64,000 bases of DNA. It comes from Octopus sinensis (Eukaryota). This document shows, piece by piece, positions 60,168 through 64,000 of this stretch. A program made the position numbers and the translations under genes. Numbering within the stretch: position 1 is the stretch's first letter; every line of letters starts with the position of its first letter. The stretch lies in NCBI RefSeq assembly GCF_006345805.1, contig NC_042997.1:60264001-60328000 (forward strand), written 5' to 3'. The notes beneath the pieces were generated by a model, which was not told the DNA's origin, did no database searches, and saw only the letters and a program-made list of their open reading frames with translations.

Positions 60168-60994
60168 CGAATGTTTTATTGTCTTGTATTGCGTTTTTGT
60201 TCCATTTTTATATTTATATATACATATAGCGGCGTATGTACACACTTGTGCTCACCTTATAGTAGGTATGTATCTAAATTTTGTACGACTCTTACTCTAG
60301 CTTTTAGTCCCCCTCTTACTTTCTTCCATTTTTCTTTTTCTCTCCCTCTCTCTCACATTTCTTGGCCCTTTCTTTCTTTAACACCCACTATTTCCCACTC
60401 GTTTATCTCCCCTGTGCCATTCTCTTCGTCTCTGATCTTTTTCTAATCTTTCAATCCCGCTGCCACTACCCATCTCTCCTCCTTCCACATGACCGGTGTC
60501 CGGCCAGCCATGATCTTTCTTTCTTGGCCTGACTACCAACCGCCAACACCTCTTATGTCCATCTCCTATGTTCCTGCCTTTAGGATTTCACTTCATACAC
60601 GCCAGCTCAATTGGATTTGTTCTCAGTCGAAAGACATCTGTTGTTATTGTTGTTTGTATTCGTAATTGTGTACCATGTTTTCCGTTTTTTTTAGTTTTGT
60701 GTACCATATTCTCCGTTCTTTTTGTCTTTGTTGAGGTACACATTCGCTATCCTTCTTACAAAGGGGTATAATGTTCTTAGTTTAGGCTTTGCGGGGGGGG
60801 GGGGGCAACCAGATAGAACCGTCTCAAGTGTAACTACTCGAAAGGATCGTGACTTCTCGTACTTGACTGAGGAAAGAAAGCTACGAATGACCCGTCTTCT
60901 TTTTGCCTGTCCTTTTAATTGTTGTTTCTCTTGTCCACCATTATATCGTCTATCTGTCGGAATGTTTTATTGTCCTCTATTGCATTTTTGTTCC

Positions 60995-61000
<6 letters not shown>
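60168..61000. repeat. Unclassified 0.8-kb unit bracketed by about 40-bp direct repeats
   Basis: gaatgttttattgtc..tattgc.tttttgttcca occurs at 60169 and 60960. Confidence 0.45.
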
Positions 61001-61044
<44 letters not shown>

Positions 61045-61207
61045 CAGAGAGAGAGAGAGAGAGAGAGATAGAGACTGACAGACAGACGGACAGACAGACA
61101 AACAGAGAGCTACATATATATATACACACACCACACACACCCACGCACACACGTATATATATGTGGGATAGATCAAAAGTCCGGACTAAAACATTTGACA
61201 TTTTACT

Positions 61208-61243
61208 TATTTTTATGTTATTATTATCATTATTATCATCATT

Positions 61244-61326
<83 letters not shown>

Positions 61327-62030
61327 CTAGTCTTATTTTTATCACTTGCTTTTACTGCACTACCGAACGCAGCTGTGTGTGCCTTGGGTATGTGCTGTGG
61401 TTTGTTGTGATATTCTTATTTTTACTGTATTGAAATTGTTTTACGTAGGATGTGCGCAGTGCCTAGTAGTGCTATTTTTTATATGTTATATATACTTGTT
61501 AGTCCTGGTGTTTTTGTTATGTGTTTGTCTGAATATTTTTTATCATACCTAATACGCCTACTTATGATAGGCGTATTAGGTATTTTTAGACTCCACATTC
61601 TATTTTTAGACTTCACATTCGAGTTACCTCTATTTCCAGATCTTTTTATTTTGAAAGTTTCTCCGTTTCTTTTAGAGAAAAATTGTCATCTGTTGGTACT
61701 GATACATCGATTAGAAAGCATTTCTTTCTCTGTCATCAATATTTGGCCTATTGGCCTTAATTTCTCTATCTGTGTGTATTGGCATATCCCAGAGCATGGT
61801 TGCTTTCTCATTTTCTGTGACCTTTCCTGGCATGTGCATATACCATCTTTTGTATACAGGTCCCAACACCATCGTGTCTGAATATATTCCTTCTTATCCA
61901 GGACCGGACAGCCAGAGACAAAATGATTAATTGTTTCTTCTCCATCTCCACATATTCTGCAGTTACTTGTATTTCTTTTCATTACATGTTTTTGGTAATT
62001 TCTGGTGGTCCAATATGTAAATGGAAAACA
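61208..62030 (-). mobile_element. R4/Dong 3' fragment (same family as 36181-40147) with (AAT)(GAT) tail
   Basis: RNYQKHVMKRNTSNCRICGDGEETINH; 3' UTR similar to 40032-40127; tail at about 61208-61323. Confidence 0.85.
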
Positions 62031-64000
62031 AGAAAGACTCATTAAGTCTTCTATTTTGCTTTTATTCAGTGCATATACTAAGGTTTACGCTAGCGTATAA
62101 GTTTGAAAGCATTTTGATTGAGCAATTTTATTTTCTTTACTTGTACAACAAATATTTTCGTTCAGGTGATGGCATTTAAGTATTTGACTTTCTCACAATG
62201 TTTTCGCTTCAAAGTGATAACCGACTAGGTACTTAAATATCAGTGTTGCTTGAATGTGGAACACTATTCCGATATCTCCTTCACTCACACACACACAACC
62301 ACAAAGCTGTATATTCAATTTCAAAGTGCCGCGTATTAAAGGAAATCGAAAGCTACATATTTCAACAAAGGCATGTCAATGTGTGTGTGTGTGTGCACGT
62401 GCGCGTGTGTATTAACATTGCCTATATTACATACTTAACATTCGTGTGTTGTTGAATGCCAGCAATTACGATTTTTTTTTTTTGTCCGAGAAAATTCCTT
62501 TAAAAACGTATAGCGTTACAAAAAATAACAGTATACGTTCAGAGCTTGGCGAAACGAAATTACGTCAGAAATTTATCACAAGAATGGAGGATACTCATTT
62601 TACTGTATTTGCAGCTTATCAATATCGCGTACTTGAACCACTTCCGAAACGAAATCGAAATTCCTAACCTGAAGTATATACAGATAGATTAAAATCTATT
62701 TACTGATTTGCAGTAGCACTGCACAAATAGATCACATTATTATTATGCAATTGACGCAGCTCTATATTGTAGACATTTTCAATACGATATACTTGATGTA
62801 CGTGTGCTAACACTATATGTCTTTAAAGTAATTTTTCCTGAACGATAACTTGCAACTTCTGGTGTTTAAACAACACACGAACAACGAATCTAAAACCTGT
62901 TTTAGTTTTGGTGCAAAATTTAACATAATAGAAATTTTATTTAATTTGTGGTAAGAATCTAATGAAATAGTTTAGATGTGAGAAACGAAAAAAACATTAA
63001 GTATAAAAGTCAACAGATAAGTAAAAGATAACGCGAGGGATGGAAGTGGGGTGCAATAGAAAAGAATGCCAAGTGAATATAGATCAGTATTCGATTAAGT
63101 ATATAAAAATAATTAGGGTTATGTCCTTGCCATAACGCTTAACGGATATAGTTTTCATTTGTGTTTAAAGCGATCAAACATGCCAGTGTGTCACCACTAA
63201 TAATAGAGACTTCTTTGCTCTCATTTAATGCAATAACAAAGGTCCAAGAGCCTTGTCAGAAAATAGTAACCGTGTGTTACTAATTATCAATTTACGATCA
63301 CTAACACAACACTAAAATGAGAGGCAAGGTTCCCCTAACTCGGTTTCATATATGACATCAGACGTCTCATTTGCAATTGAAACATCAATAAGACAAAGAA
63401 AGATAATGATGGTCAATCTATCACCACCAAGATTGGTAATCACAGAAATATTTTCCATAGACAAGATAGCAAATTAAGAATTATCCATTATCAACAGATC
63501 ACAGCCTGTCTTAACCGAACTCAATCTTATACGTCGTCAACACACTGAACACACTGCACATATGCCTCAGAACCATGTTCCTCTTTCTCTCCTTTCTCTT
63601 TCTCTCTCTCCCTTCCCCTCTATCTATCTATCTCTATCTATCTATCTAATAATCTATCTTTATCTATGAGTCTCTCCCTCTGTCGCTCCTGCTCTCTCGC
63701 ATATATGGTGTTCCCTAGGAAAGAACCCGACATTCTAAACAACTAAAGTTCTGTTTCAAAGATATACCGAAAATATTTCTCGAAGATTTTGGTATCGAAC
63801 CCTTCATAAGGTCTCGAACAACTAAAAACCCAGCTCTCGGTGCCTCTTACTCTATCTAGGAATGGTGGTTTAACAGCACAAAGAACATTGAATCTCTGAG
63901 GATACCACCTCATATGGGATACAGTATATACATGGTACGGCTGTTAATAAGTGATCAAGCTCCTGACACATTGATGGAGCGTGCCACCAACACACACGCA

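Noticed and set aside
63310-63460. 48-codon minus-strand ORF with a signal-peptide-like stretch
   Set aside because: No good splice donor, short, and no recognisable homology.

Overview
AT-rich, microsatellite-dense eukaryotic DNA made almost entirely of transposon relics and SINEs. The repeat repertoire looks like an Octopus/cephalopod genome; this is my recognition, not a database result. There are no prokaryotic features, CRISPR arrays or rRNA, and no intact host gene could be identified, only a few low-confidence minus-strand exon candidates. Supported content: (i) two Penelope-like element (PLE) insertions with inverted architecture, intact GIY-YIG endonuclease frames and minimal hammerhead ribozyme (HHR) motifs: a 2.1-kb near-perfect palindrome at 222-2337 and an inverted-pLTR element at 12623-16085; (ii) three head-to-tail L1/Tx1-like elements that keep ORF1 but lack RT (28993-35934); the 3' tail at 33669-33725 matches the tail of an abundant SINE; (iii) R4/Dong-clade RLE retrotransposons stacked in an (AAT)n tract, which appear to split a tRNA-headed, HHR-tailed short element (36003-41995); (iv) relics of RTE, HERO-like, Tx1 ORF2, Tc1 (DD36E), mariner, DD41D, pogo/Tigger, hAT and Helitron elements; (v) many tRNA-derived SINEs. 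The most promising novel leads are the PLE hammerheads (one has a compensatory U3-A8 core), the ORF1-only Tx1 / SINE tail-sharing system, and the composite tRNA-(AAT)n-HHR element that acts as a Dong landing pad.
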